DNA of 64,000 bases from an uncultured Planctomycetota bacterium (lineage in GTDB: Bacteria > Planctomycetota > Phycisphaerae > Tepidisphaerales > Tepidisphaeraceae), in contig CAWJEN010000005.1 of assembly GCA_963841915.1 (NCBI GenBank), positions 864,001-928,000 on the forward strand, in the 5' to 3' direction. The notes under the pieces were generated by a model. That model worked only from the letters and a program-made list of their open reading frames with translations, did no database searches and was not told the origin of the DNA. This document shows, piece by piece, positions 8,721 through 18,460 of the stretch. How positions within the stretch are numbered: position 1 is the first letter of the stretch; each line of letters begins with the position of its first letter. Both the position numbers and the translations under genes were made by a program.

Positions 8721-8904
8721 AGATGCAGTCTGCTGGCTGGTGCTCTGGAACACGAACGCCGATCGGGCTCAGACGATACGCCTGCGTCATGACTGCGTGG
8801 GTGCGTTGCCGGCCACCCTCATTTCGCGTCGTTGCCTACAGGCGACGGTGGCCGACCAAGTGCCGGATGGCGACCGAGATGCCACCTTGGCTGCGGATGC
8901 TGTC

Positions 8905-9831
8905 TTAGAAGCCTCTGCCGAGCTCGTCGTCGGGATCGACGACGACGGTGGTTTCACCGGTGATGAAAGCGCGGCCTGTGATGGTCGGGATGACGCCGCC
9001 GTCGGCGCGTTCGTATCTCGCCTCGAAGACGCTGCCGACAGGTGACATCGTCCGCCACGTCTGGCCGGGCTGCAACATTCCGTCTGCGGCAAGGCACGCG
9101 ATCTTGGCGCTGCAGCCTGTGCCGCAGGGCGAGCGATCCCAGGCGCCGCCGGGGCACATGACGAAGTTGCGTGCGTCGGCGTCGCCCGATCCACCGCCGA
9201 CGAATTCGATGTGATCGATCCGCCCGCCGTCGCTGCCGGTGATGCCGCTTGCTTCAAGGGCGGCCATAATTGCTACGGATTCGCGTGCACGCTCATCGAC
9301 ACACTGCAGCGTCAGGTCGCGTTGCGTCGCGACCAGGAAGAACCAGTTGCCGCCCCACGCGATGTCGCCGACAACGCGGCCAAGATTCGGCACGTGGACC
9401 TCGACGCCCTTGGCATGTCGGTAGGCCAACACATTGCGAACGCTCGCCCGCAGGTCGTCATGCAGGGTGGCTTCGACGATGCCGACCGGTGTCTCAACGC
9501 GCAGCCGCCCGGGCGAGAGGCGGCCGAGGTGGCGGAGGGTCTCAACAAGGCCGATGGTCCCGTGCCCGCACATCCCGAGCGTGCCGACGTTGTTGAAGAA
9601 GATGACGCCCGTGTCGCACGTCGGGTCGTGCGGCTCGACGAGCAAGCCACCGACCATGACGTCACTGCCGCGCGGTTCGTTGCACAGGCAACGTCGGTAG
9701 TCGTCGAAGTCGCGAGAGAAGCGTGTTTGACGCTCTGCAAGCGGACCCGTGCCGAGGTCCGGGCCGCCGTCGATGATGAGTCGCGTCGCTTCGCCGCCGG
9801 TGTGGGAGTCGATGACCTTGAACGGCTTCAT
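8905..9831 (-). CDS. 4-hydroxyproline 2-epimerase (proline racemase family)
   Basis: IDSHTGGEATR, EPRG, catalytic MCGHG and DRSPCGTG (Cys/Cys pair). Confidence 0.92.
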   Translation of the reverse strand: MKPFKVIDSHTGGEATRLIIDGGPDLGTGPLAERQTRFSRDFDDYRRCLCNEPRGSDVMVGGLLVEPHDPTCDTGVIFFNNVGTLGMCGHGTIGLVETLRHLGRLSPGRLRVETPVGIVEATLHDDLRASVRNVLAYRHAKGVEVHVPNLGRVVGDIAWGGNWFFLVATQRDLTLQCVDERARESVAIMAALEASGITGSDGGRIDHIEFVGGGSGDADARNFVMCPGGAWDRSPCGTGCSAKIACLAADGMLQPGQTWRTMSPVGSVFEARYERADGGVIPTITGRAFITGETTVVVDPDDELGRGF

Positions 9832-11219
9832 GAGACGTCAACCTTTGGAAACTGCTGCAGCATGCCACCGTCTGGGGCTTTAGCCATGCCCGCTTCGATG
9901 TCGTCGATCGTCAGCGGGCAGTTCGTCAGCACCTCGCAGCCGTCTTTAGTGACGGCGACGGTGTCTTCGCTTCGGACGTAGCGACGCTGCTTGCGGTCGA
10001 AGAGTTCGGGGTCGACGCTGAAAACGTCGCCGACCTGCAGCTCGCGGTTGGCGGTGCGCTGATTACCGGGATCGTGAATGGCCATGCCGACCGGATGGCT
10101 CAGCGGCCGCGGGCTGTCGACAAGGTCATGTCCCGCCTGCTTCGCTTCGTCGTCGGGGAAGTCCCAATCGTCGACGATGCTCTTAAAGCGTGGTCGCGCT
10201 GCTGCGTAAACGTCATCAATCGTTCGGCCAGCTCGAATTTCTTCCAGCAGGATCACGTGGTAAGCCACAGCCAGTCCGTACATCGATCGCTGCACGCGGT
10301 CGTACTTGCCGTCGACGGGCCACATGCGACCGATGTCGCTTGTGTAGTACCGGTAGTCGGGGGCGTAGTCCATCAGGACGAAGTCACCGGCGTTGAGCTT
10401 GCCCGTGAGTCGCCAGTAATGCATGGCGTAGATGTTGGTCCAGCCACTGGCGATGATCGGGTTGTGCGAGCCACCGAAGCTGTGGCCGCGGCGAAACACG
10501 TACTCAGCAACGGCCGCAAGATCACTCTCACTGACGCCTTGCCGCGTCGACCGCATGGCCTCGACGACGGCCGCGCCCGACAGCTTGCCGGCGACGCGCA
10601 TCAGATCCAGCTCTGCGGGGCTCTTCGTCAGCCGCACGTCGTGCAACGGCACCGACAGATCGTTCAGCGAGCACGCCGGCGCCAGTGCCGACAGCACGGC
10701 ATGCAGGTGAGGCTCGGGCCAGACGTAGCCGCTCATCAACGGATCTGCCGCGACGGTTCGGCGGCGGGCGGTGTGCACGTCGACGTAGGTTCGCAACCCC
10801 TCTGCCCCGCGACGCGGTACGTGCAGAAGCTGCTCGTTCTTCAGATCGTCGGGCAATTCCGCGAGCGGTCGAACGTGCTCTATACCGGCCACGTCATGGA
10901 TGAAGCTGTCGTCCTCGTGGCTCAGTTCCGGGCCGTCGACATCCTCGCGCCTGGCATCGCGCGGCCCAAGGTAGATCGTCGTTTCGCCACCGCGTTCGCA
11001 ATCGACGAGCAGGTAGGCCGTCGCCGGGTCGAGTCCGGCGAGGTAGTAGAAGTCGTTGGACTGTCGCGGCAGTGGCGAGCCTTCGAGTGCGACGGTGCCG
11101 GGCACGAGTGCCTTGCCACGCCCCGCAAGCTTGTCGGCGAGCTTCTGTCGACGCCGTTGCAGCTCGTCAACGGTGAAGTCACGGAACGCAAAGAGCTGCG
11201 AAGCGCGGTCGTCGGTCAT
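9828..11219 (-). CDS. Xaa-Pro aminopeptidase (M24B)
   Basis: RQSNDFYYLAG, RLTKSPAE, MDYAPDYRYYTSDIGR, SHPVGMAIHD, VRSEDTV. Confidence 0.88.
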   Translation of the reverse strand: MTDDRASQLFAFRDFTVDELQRRRQKLADKLAGRGKALVPGTVALEGSPLPRQSNDFYYLAGLDPATAYLLVDCERGGETTIYLGPRDARREDVDGPELSHEDDSFIHDVAGIEHVRPLAELPDDLKNEQLLHVPRRGAEGLRTYVDVHTARRRTVAADPLMSGYVWPEPHLHAVLSALAPACSLNDLSVPLHDVRLTKSPAELDLMRVAGKLSGAAVVEAMRSTRQGVSESDLAAVAEYVFRRGHSFGGSHNPIIASGWTNIYAMHYWRLTGKLNAGDFVLMDYAPDYRYYTSDIGRMWPVDGKYDRVQRSMYGLAVAYHVILLEEIRAGRTIDDVYAAARPRFKSIVDDWDFPDDEAKQAGHDLVDSPRPLSHPVGMAIHDPGNQRTANRELQVGDVFSVDPELFDRKQRRYVRSEDTVAVTKDGCEVLTNCPLTIDDIEAGMAKAPDGGMLQQFPKVDVS

Positions 11220-11250
11220 GGCACTTGAGCAGAGTTGAAGGCGAGACGGC

Positions 11251-12750
11251 TCAAACGCGAAGTACGGCCGGCAGGCGGTCGCCCTTGACGTTGTCGTAAC
11301 AGCGAAGCTGGCTGAACCGTCGAAGCGTTGCCGGCGGACCGACAGCGGTGAAGCCGCCGTGACCGGTGCTCGGGAAGGGCCCGCCGTGGACCATGGCCGG
11401 GCTGACCGCGACGCCGGTCGGCATCTTGTCGTTCAGCAGCCGGCCTACGCGGCCGCGCAGGATGCGTTCGACGAGGTCGTAGTCGTCGCTGTCGTCGGCA
11501 TAGATACTGCCGGTCAGGTTGCCCTCGACGTGCTTCAGGCACGCAGCCAGCTCGGCGACGCCGTTGCAGAGCACGATCAAACCCGCCGGGCCAAAGGCCT
11601 CGGTCTGCATCGCCTCGGGGTTGTCGAGGAAGGTCTTGCCGTTTGTTTGGAGAAGCGTGTTGGCAATCTGCGTGTCGCCAAGACGATTGCCTCCGGTGAC
11701 AATTGTCGCGCCCGATGAGGTCAGCTTGTCGATGGCCGCAGCGAGTCCGTCTGCCGGTGCCTTGCCGAACAAGGTGCCGACCGGCGCTTCTTCGAACTTG
11801 GTCGCGACGGTCTTGATAAAGGCATCTGCGTCGTCACCTGCGACGGCGAAGACGAGGCCAGGGTTGGTGCAGAACTGCCCGACGCCCAGCAGGCATGAAT
11901 TGGCGTACGCCTCGGCAATGGCGTCGCCACGACTCGCCATCGCGCCCGGCATGAAGACCACAGGATTGACGCTGCTCATCTCGAGGTAGATGGGCGTGCC
12001 GACTTTGTCGGCGGCGGTCTTGAGAGCGAGGCCGCCCGCCTTGCTGCCGGTGAAACCGACGGCCTTGAGCCGTGTGTCGCTGACGAGGCGGGTACCGTCC
12101 TCCTTCGACAGGCCATAGAGCAGCTGCACGGTCGCGGCCGGAAGCTTGCTTCCTTCGAGCGCCTGCTTGGCGAGAAGGGCAAGGTGTCGCGTCGTCTCCG
12201 GGTGCAGCGGGTGCGCTTTGGCGAGAACCGGATTGCCCGCTGCGATGGCGGCCGCAAAGTCACCGCCGGCAATCGGGTTGTACGCGAACGGGAAGTTGTT
12301 CGGCCCGAACACCGCGACCGGCCCAACGGGCACGTGCATTGACGCGACGCCCGCCTCGGCATCAACCGTCGGAAGAGCCCAGCCGCCGTCGCGGGCGGCC
12401 TTGGCTGACAGCCGCATCTGGTTGCTCGTCCGCGGAATCTCGATCGACTTCAGTCGCGTCGGTGCAGGCAACGCCGTCTCCTCGGCAGCGACAGTTGCCA
12501 GGTCGTCGACATTGGCATCGATCAGGTCGGCGTAAGCCTCGAGGAAGTCGGCAACGTCTGCCGCATCGCTACCGTCCATCTGCTCGAACGCGGTTGCCGC
12601 TGCCTCAAGTGCCGCGTCGGCGTCGGCCCACGTGCTCACCGGGAACATCGAGCCGATCGCCTCGTTCGTCACCGGATTGCGTGCCTGATAGGTTCCACTG
12701 GCGTCGGCTACACGCCACTCGCCATTAATAAGGATTTGAGCCGGCTTCAA
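11251..12750 (-). CDS. Alpha-ketoglutarate semialdehyde dehydrogenase (NADP-dependent ALDH)
   Basis: VFGPNNFPFAY, GGDFAAA, GFTGS, EMSSVNP, GQFCTNPG, PTGVAVSPAMVHGGPFP. Confidence 0.9.
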   Translation of the reverse strand: MKPAQILINGEWRVADASGTYQARNPVTNEAIGSMFPVSTWADADAALEAAATAFEQMDGSDAADVADFLEAYADLIDANVDDLATVAAEETALPAPTRLKSIEIPRTSNQMRLSAKAARDGGWALPTVDAEAGVASMHVPVGPVAVFGPNNFPFAYNPIAGGDFAAAIAAGNPVLAKAHPLHPETTRHLALLAKQALEGSKLPAATVQLLYGLSKEDGTRLVSDTRLKAVGFTGSKAGGLALKTAADKVGTPIYLEMSSVNPVVFMPGAMASRGDAIAEAYANSCLLGVGQFCTNPGLVFAVAGDDADAFIKTVATKFEEAPVGTLFGKAPADGLAAAIDKLTSSGATIVTGGNRLGDTQIANTLLQTNGKTFLDNPEAMQTEAFGPAGLIVLCNGVAELAACLKHVEGNLTGSIYADDSDDYDLVERILRGRVGRLLNDKMPTGVAVSPAMVHGGPFPSTGHGGFTAVGPPATLRRFSQLRCYDNVKGDRLPAVLRV

Positions 12751-13658
12751 AGGGTCACCTCCGGTCGATTGCTGATGGCGTGGTGGATCATGTCGAGCAC
12801 TTCTTTACGTTCGTCGCCTTCGATGTTGAGCCGCGGTGCGCGGCACCGCTCGTTGCCGTAGCCGCACTCCTGGGCCGCGAGCTTGATGTACTGCACGAGC
12901 TTGGGCAGCGTGTCGAGGTGCAGAAGGGGCGTGTACCAGCGATACACCTGCCGCGCCTCTTCCCATTTGCCGGCCCCCATGAGGTCCCAAAGCAGTCGGT
13001 TCTCCTTGGGAAACGCATTGACGAGGCCGCTGATCCAGCCGTCGATGCCGAGCACGAAGCTTTCCATGATAAGGTCGTCCACGCCGCACAGCAGCCTGAA
13101 GCGGTTTCCGTGTGCGTTGTGCAGATCAGTGATCCGGCGTGGATCGCTACTGCTTTCCTTGATCGCGACGATGTTGTCGACCTCAGCCAGGTGATCAAAG
13201 TCGCGCGGTTTAAGGTCAACGCGGTAGCTCACCGGGTTGTTGTAGATCATGACGCCCTTACCCCCGGCGGCTTGAGCGACAGCCTTGAAGTGGTGCACGT
13301 TCTCGCGGACATCACTGACGTACACCAAGGCCGGCATGACCATGAAACCGTCGATGCCGAGGTCTACAGACGCTTTGGTGAAGTCGGTTGCGAGCTTCGT
13401 CGTCGTCTCTGCAACGCCCGTGACGACCGGCACACGCCCATTGACGTGCTCGACCGTGCGACGCAGCAAAGCCAGCTTTTCGTCGGCATCAAGGGCGTAG
13501 TTCTCACCGACCGTGCCGAGCATGACGAGGGCGTGGATGCCCCCGTCGATCATGACGTCGAGGTGTGCCATCGTGGCGTCATGATCAACGGACTCGTCAG
13601 CCTTGAACTGTGTACAAGCCGCCGGCAGGACGCCGGCGAACGGATTGTGACGCGACAT
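12747..13658 (-). CDS. DapA-family protein, probable 1-pyrroline-4-hydroxy-2-carboxylate deaminase
   Basis: LGTVGEN, MIYNNPVSY, AIKESS, GVDDL, KLVQYIKL; operon context. Confidence 0.88.
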   Translation of the reverse strand: MSRHNPFAGVLPAACTQFKADESVDHDATMAHLDVMIDGGIHALVMLGTVGENYALDADEKLALLRRTVEHVNGRVPVVTGVAETTTKLATDFTKASVDLGIDGFMVMPALVYVSDVRENVHHFKAVAQAAGGKGVMIYNNPVSYRVDLKPRDFDHLAEVDNIVAIKESSSDPRRITDLHNAHGNRFRLLCGVDDLIMESFVLGIDGWISGLVNAFPKENRLLWDLMGAGKWEEARQVYRWYTPLLHLDTLPKLVQYIKLAAQECGYGNERCRAPRLNIEGDERKEVLDMIHHAISNRPEVTL

Positions 13659-13757
13659 GATCGCACGATACGACGCGACAAGTTGTTGTCGAACAACCAG
13701 TCACGGTGCCGCAAATGAGAAGGAGTTTGGAAAAACCGTTACCAGTTCGCGGCGATG

Positions 13758-14618
13758 CTACTCGTTGATCGTCCAGTAGTTGACGCGGTCGAGGTCGGCC
13801 AGCTCGTACGTCTGCCCATCGACGCCGTCGTAGCTGATCATGACGTGCCTGCGGTCGGTGGCGAAGACGAAGCTGCCGTAGAGCTTGCCGTCGACAACGA
13901 GGTCGAGCTGATGTCCTTCGTCCGTTGCGGCGGCATACTCAATGACGGCGTCGACCGGCTGCGGGTCGGTCGCTCGGTTGCTGCGTTGTTCGGGAAGCAT
14001 CTGGAATCTGAAGTCCTGCTTCGCCTCAAAGTCATAGCCGCGCAAGGCTAGCGGCAGGCTGTTAAATGGCAACGTCTTAAGCGAAACGGACTCGACCGTT
14101 GCCGACTGACGCCCGGCCTCTGGCATGTAGCTGAAGCCGAAGAAGTCCCAGCCGGTCCGCCCGCGGGTCTCGGGGAGCTTTATGAATTGGTGGAAGCTCG
14201 TGCCGCACCACTCCTGGCTGGTCGCGTCGAGCCGGGTCAGCGTCAGGTCGTCGGCCGTTAAGTGACTGGTCGTGACGTGCTTGTAGTCGTAATTGGGCGT
14301 GGGCATGACTTCGATCTGGTTGTGCTTCCAGACGAGCGTCCCGGTGCCGCTCAGCGACTTGGTCCAGGTGTCAGGGTCGTGCGTCTCGCGATTGGTGAGA
14401 AATGTTGCCTCGTACTCGCGGGACCGGCCGTAGATGACACGGGTCGCGTCGTACGTCGCCTTTTCGACAAGTCCGTCACCCCAGGCCGAGTCCTCGGCCC
14501 ACTCGCCGGCGGGCAGCAGGGGGTCGTCCGCCGCCGACGCTGCTGCGTCAGAAAAGGCGACGAGGGCGGTGGTGCCGACGAAGGCGGTCAGTACGGCAGC
14601 AGCAAGAATTGTCTTCAT
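13758..14618 (-). CDS. Hypothetical secreted protein
   Basis: Signal peptide MKTILAAAVLTAF..., conserved-looking WGDG/QEWCG motifs, typical codon usage. Confidence 0.75.
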   Translation of the reverse strand: MKTILAAAVLTAFVGTTALVAFSDAAASAADDPLLPAGEWAEDSAWGDGLVEKATYDATRVIYGRSREYEATFLTNRETHDPDTWTKSLSGTGTLVWKHNQIEVMPTPNYDYKHVTTSHLTADDLTLTRLDATSQEWCGTSFHQFIKLPETRGRTGWDFFGFSYMPEAGRQSATVESVSLKTLPFNSLPLALRGYDFEAKQDFRFQMLPEQRSNRATDPQPVDAVIEYAAATDEGHQLDLVVDGKLYGSFVFATDRRHVMISYDGVDGQTYELADLDRVNYWTINE

Positions 14619-14684
14619 GGTGTCTCCTATCGAGGATAGGTTGATACGCCGTCGAAGCAGCAAGGTTGCTTCCTCGCCGCCGGT

Positions 14685-15371
14685 TCACCACCGCGTCCCG
14701 CAGGTTCGGCAGTGACGTCTGGCCACCGTCGCCGCCAACCATCCGCGGAGTCGACCCGCGTCGCCGCGCGGGCCGTGGGCCAATGCGCGGCGCCAGTCGG
14801 TGCGCGACCGGTTGCCGCCGCACGACAGGCACGGCTGCCGCGCGAGCAGGTGAAAGCCGATGTCGCTGAGCCCGCCACCGAACGGCGAATCCGCCAATGC
14901 CCGAGCCGCGGCAACTTCGCCTTCTGCCTCCACGCGGAGCGACCACGACGCCCCACAGTCGCTCAACGTCACGACGCCACCCACGGCCTCGGCCACGCAC
15001 GCGGCCATCGTCGCCAACTTCCGCGTTCGGTACGACGCCAACGGCGGCACCATCTCGGGCATGAAACGGCGGAGCAAGATCCCCGCCCGCTCGGCATCGG
15101 CGGCAGGCACTTGCAACTTCACGCCCCCGATCGCAAGCGCCAGGCAATTGGTGGCCGCCATCATCTCGTCGAGCAGCACACACGCCACACCCGCCGCTTC
15201 GAGGCGGAGTCGCGCAATGTGCGCCTCTGCCGGGTGCAGGAACGAAGCGAGCGTGACCCACCTGCCACGGTCACCGGGCGACGGGTCTCCGTCGCCGCCG
15301 TCACCGGTGGGTGTTTCGGGCGGGTGTCCGCCGCGACGAACGTCCGACGGCGGCTCGGCGGTTGCGGCCAT
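14685..15371 (-). CDS. DUF2007-like domain protein with C-terminal CxxC...CxxC zinc ribbon
   Basis: WVTLASF...EAHIARLRLEAAGV...GGVKLQVP; CLSC...CRTC. Confidence 0.7.
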   Translation of the reverse strand: MAATAEPPSDVRRGGHPPETPTGDGGDGDPSPGDRGRWVTLASFLHPAEAHIARLRLEAAGVACVLLDEMMAATNCLALAIGGVKLQVPAADAERAGILLRRFMPEMVPPLASYRTRKLATMAACVAEAVGGVVTLSDCGASWSLRVEAEGEVAAARALADSPFGGGLSDIGFHLLARQPCLSCGGNRSRTDWRRALAHGPRGDAGRLRGWLAATVARRHCRTCGTRW

Positions 15372-15440
15372 GGGGCAAGCGTAATCAAATCGCCTCTGCC
15401 GCGGAACGCTTGCGGGCATTGTGGTTCTACCGTCACCTCC

Positions 15441-15911
15441 ATGCCGGGTGACGATGCCTTCGAGCCCGCTGTGGCACTTGCCGACTACCTGGCACAACAT
15501 CTGCCACTGGTCAAGGCACTTGGCGTGCGGGTGGCAGAGGCGTCCGACGCGACCGTCCGCCTGGAGGTGCCGCTCGAACCGAACCTCAACCACGAGCAGA
15601 CGGCGTTCGGTGGATCCATCGCGGCCGTCGGCATGCTCGGCGGTTGGGGACTCATCTGGGTGCGGGCACGATCGCTCGGTGTCATGCCGCGACTCGTCAT
15701 CGCCGAGAGTCAAACGCGATACATCCGGCCGATCGACCAGGACTTCGCGGCCGAATGCACCTGGCCGGGCGACGACGTCTGGCGCCAGTCGGCCGTCGCA
15801 CTGCGGCGGCATGGTCGCGCCCGCATCGAACTCCGCACCGAACTTTCCGTCGACGGTAAGGTCGCAGCCGTCCACGACGGCACGTTCGCCGTCCTGCGAC
15901 CGCAAATCTGA
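15441..15911 (+). CDS. YiiD C-terminal-like hotdog thioesterase
   Basis: HLPLVKALGV...PLEPNLNHEQTAFGGS. Confidence 0.85.
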   Translation: MPGDDAFEPAVALADYLAQHLPLVKALGVRVAEASDATVRLEVPLEPNLNHEQTAFGGSIAAVGMLGGWGLIWVRARSLGVMPRLVIAESQTRYIRPIDQDFAAECTWPGDDVWRQSAVALRRHGRARIELRTELSVDGKVAAVHDGTFAVLRPQI

Positions 15912-16663
15912 TGACGCACGAGCAGGCGGAGAAAACATGCGTCGCTGCGCATGGAAACGGATCGTCTCCACTTCGTGACGCATTACATTCTCCTGCAGTG
16001 AGCGACGACGTGACATCCGAGGCGACGCAGCGGGCTCGGCAGCGGGTGCGGGAGGCGTTTGCGTCGCTAAACGCTCATGCTCCGACAGGCGGCATCGACC
16101 CGGGCGGCAGCGCGCAGATGCCGTCGCCCGTGACGCAGCAGCAGGCGATGCGGCCGATCAACTTCAATGCCGCCATGGTCAGAGCGCTGATCGCCGGGCA
16201 CAAGACGCAGACGCGTCGGCCGATCCGACCGATGCCGACGGGCGAGGCAAAGGGCCATCCCATCGGGCCGGATGGTGAACCCGCACGATGCACGCTTGCC
16301 GCGACAGGTGACGCGCTGTTTGTCCGCGAGCCGTGGGCGCTGGAAGGTTCGACCCGCGTGTTCGAGGCCGATCTGGGTCCGGCGGTGGCGAAAAAGCGGG
16401 CCTGGCAGCCCGGTCGTCTGCTACCGGCCGACGCGTCTCGAATAACGCTGAAGGTCACGGGTGTCAAAGCCGAGAAGTTGTCGGCCTTGCGGGACGGGGA
16501 CGCGCGGGCAGAGGGCATGCCGCCGGGCCTGTTCGACGAAGTGCCGACGATGTGGTTCCGCTCGCTTTGGGACTCGATCTACGGCAGCAACGAGTTTGCA
16601 TGGGACGCCGATCCGTGGGTGTGGGTCATCTCGTTCCGTGCGCTGCCGAAGGGCAAGCGGTGA
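15911..16663 (+). CDS. ASCH/PUA-like protein of a family usually found in phages (start uncertain)
   Basis: RPINFNAAMVRALIAGHKTQTRR...LFVREPW...ASRITLKVTGVKAEKL...WDADPWVWVISF. Confidence 0.75.
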   Translation: MTHEQAEKTCVAAHGNGSSPLRDALHSPAVSDDVTSEATQRARQRVREAFASLNAHAPTGGIDPGGSAQMPSPVTQQQAMRPINFNAAMVRALIAGHKTQTRRPIRPMPTGEAKGHPIGPDGEPARCTLAATGDALFVREPWALEGSTRVFEADLGPAVAKKRAWQPGRLLPADASRITLKVTGVKAEKLSALRDGDARAEGMPPGLFDEVPTMWFRSLWDSIYGSNEFAWDADPWVWVISFRALPKGKR

Positions 16664-17358
16664 GTGTGCCGCGTGTGCTGGTCGAGCTGCCGCCGGACGC
16701 CGGTGCGGCGACGCGCGTGGCGCTGCCGGAGGCGTCGCGACGGCACGTGCTGAAGGCGCTGCGGCTCGGTGACGGCGACAACGTCGTCGCCTTCGACGGC
16801 AGCGGCCGATCGGCGATGGGGCGGCTCGTGCGAACTGGCCAACACTGGCAAATCGAGCTGACCGAAGCACCCACGTCGGTATCGGCGTTGCCCGCCTTGA
16901 CCATCTGCTGTGCAGTGCCCAAGGGCCAGCGGGCCGACTGGCTGGCGGAGAAGCTCGGCGAACTCGGCGTCACGCGGTTGGTGCCGTTGCTGACGGATCG
17001 CGGCGTCGTCGAGCCGGGAGCGGGCAAAATCGAGCGGTGGCGTCGATTGGCCGAGTCGGCCGCAAGGCAGAGTCGTGCACCGACGGTGCTGGACGTGGCC
17101 CAGCCGGTGAAGCTCGCCACCGCGATCGAGAGCGAAGGGCAGGGCGTGGTGCTGACGACGGAGCGACCGGCGGCCCGTTGGGCTGGCGAGGCCACGGTGC
17201 TTTACGTCGGCCCTGAAGGCGGTTGGTCGCCCGTGGAGCTGGAGGCCTTCGACGCCGCGGGAAGCGGGTTTGCGACGCTGGGCTCGACGGTGCTCCGCGT
17301 CGAGACGGCTGCGGTCGTGGCAGCGGGGCTGGCCCGGGCGCTGGGCAAAGCCGTTTAG
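16660..17358 (+). CDS. rsmE: 16S rRNA m3U1498 methyltransferase
   Basis: HVLKALRL, KLGELGV, AARQSR, VGPEGGWS, LGSTVLRVETAA; GTG overlaps upstream TGA. Confidence 0.93.
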   Translation: MSVPRVLVELPPDAGAATRVALPEASRRHVLKALRLGDGDNVVAFDGSGRSAMGRLVRTGQHWQIELTEAPTSVSALPALTICCAVPKGQRADWLAEKLGELGVTRLVPLLTDRGVVEPGAGKIERWRRLAESAARQSRAPTVLDVAQPVKLATAIESEGQGVVLTTERPAARWAGEATVLYVGPEGGWSPVELEAFDAAGSGFATLGSTVLRVETAAVVAAGLARALGKAV

Positions 17359-17402
17359 GAGGGTTTGCCCCAGAGGCTCGATGTCGCACGTAACGGCCGT
17401 GC

Positions 17403-18245
17403 TCACACGCCGATGGTGTAGAACACCCACGTGAACCCGAGGTCGACGATCGCGATCGCGACGATGGTCAGGACAACGGTCCGGGTGGTCGCGTCGCCGA
17501 CGCCTTGAGCGCCGCCGCGGACGCCGAGACCGAGATAGCAGGCCAGGCCGCTGATGATCGTGCCGAAGACGAAGGCCTTGAACAGGCCGGTCAGGAAGTC
17601 ACGGACGACGATCGCCTCGATCGTGCGGGAGAGGTACAGCTCTGGCGACAGATCCTGCACCGTGACGGCCACGACCATGCCGCCCGCGACGCCAACGAGG
17701 TTGGCGATGATGGCCAAACACGTTGTCATCAGGGCCGTCGCAATCATGCGTGGCACGACGAGGAAGCCGGTGGGGTCGATCGCGTGCGTCTCCATGGCCT
17801 CGATTTCTTCGCCGACGACCATGGTGCCGAGCTCTGCGGCGATGCTGGCACCTGCAAAGCCTGTCAGCACGATGGCCCCGACGAGCGGGCCGAGCTCGCG
17901 GAACATGGCGATCGAGATGATGCGGGCGACCTCGTCCTGTGCGCCGTACTGCCGAAGAATCGGAACGATTTGCAGCGAGAGGATCGCACCGATGGCAAAG
18001 ACGACGAGCGAGACGACCGGAATCGCCCGCACGCCGACGCGGACCATCTGGTAGGTCAGGTTGCGGTAGGCCAGCGACTTACCGCGTCCGCCCAGGAAGT
18101 AGACGAAGCCGATGCGGCTGACGGCCTTGTAGACGAGGAGGCCGACACCACCGGTCGAGATGATGGCAGAGCGGGCCAGTTCACCGATTGATTCGAGCGG
18201 GGCGGCGATGAAGCCGGGTACCTTTTGGTAAGCCTCGTCGCGCAC
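17403..18245 (-). CDS. mlaE: MlaE-family ABC transporter permease (start approximate)
   Basis: RELGPLVGAIVLTGFAGASIAAELGTM...EEIEAM...LVVPR...GAQGVGDATTRTVV. Confidence 0.9.
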   Translation of the reverse strand: MRDEAYQKVPGFIAAPLESIGELARSAIISTGGVGLLVYKAVSRIGFVYFLGGRGKSLAYRNLTYQMVRVGVRAIPVVSLVVFAIGAILSLQIVPILRQYGAQDEVARIISIAMFRELGPLVGAIVLTGFAGASIAAELGTMVVGEEIEAMETHAIDPTGFLVVPRMIATALMTTCLAIIANLVGVAGGMVVAVTVQDLSPELYLSRTIEAIVVRDFLTGLFKAFVFGTIISGLACYLGLGVRGGAQGVGDATTRTVVLTIVAIAIVDLGFTWVFYTIGV

Positions 18246-18315
18246 GGAGCGACTGTAGCTTGATGAGTCGCAAAGCACATCATGGTGCGGATCGGGTGAA
18301 ACTTCGATGCAGCTA

Positions 18316-18344
18316 TTGACAACGGTGTCGCGGCCTGACAGAGT
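18316..18344 (+). promoter_or_regulatory. Putative sigma70 promoter for the ilvB leader
   Basis: Perfect TTGACA at 18316-18321, 17-nt spacer, TG-n-CAGAGT as a weak extended -10. Confidence 0.4.
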
Positions 18345-18352
18345 TATCGGTC

Positions 18353-18460
18353 TTGACGCATCGCCTCGCGATTGTTCTTCCGCGTACCACCGTTGTTGCA
18401 ACGGCTGGTGTGTCGGATGTTCTGGTCGGTGTGTCTGACGTTCTGGTTATTGTTAGCTAG
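18353..18460 (+). CDS. Putative ilvB leader (attenuator) peptide, 35 aa
   Basis: TTG...TAG: MTHRLAIVLPRTTVVATAGVSDVLVGVSDVLVIVS, 16 of 35 residues Val/Leu/Ile, followed by a GC hairpin, upstream of ilvB. Confidence 0.7.
   Translation: MTHRLAIVLPRTTVVATAGVSDVLVGVSDVLVIVS

Noticed and set aside
18246..18401. N-terminal extension of the mlaE ORF to 18401
   Set aside because: No similarity to MlaE, and it overlaps the divergent ilvB promoter and leader; the true start is probably near 18245.
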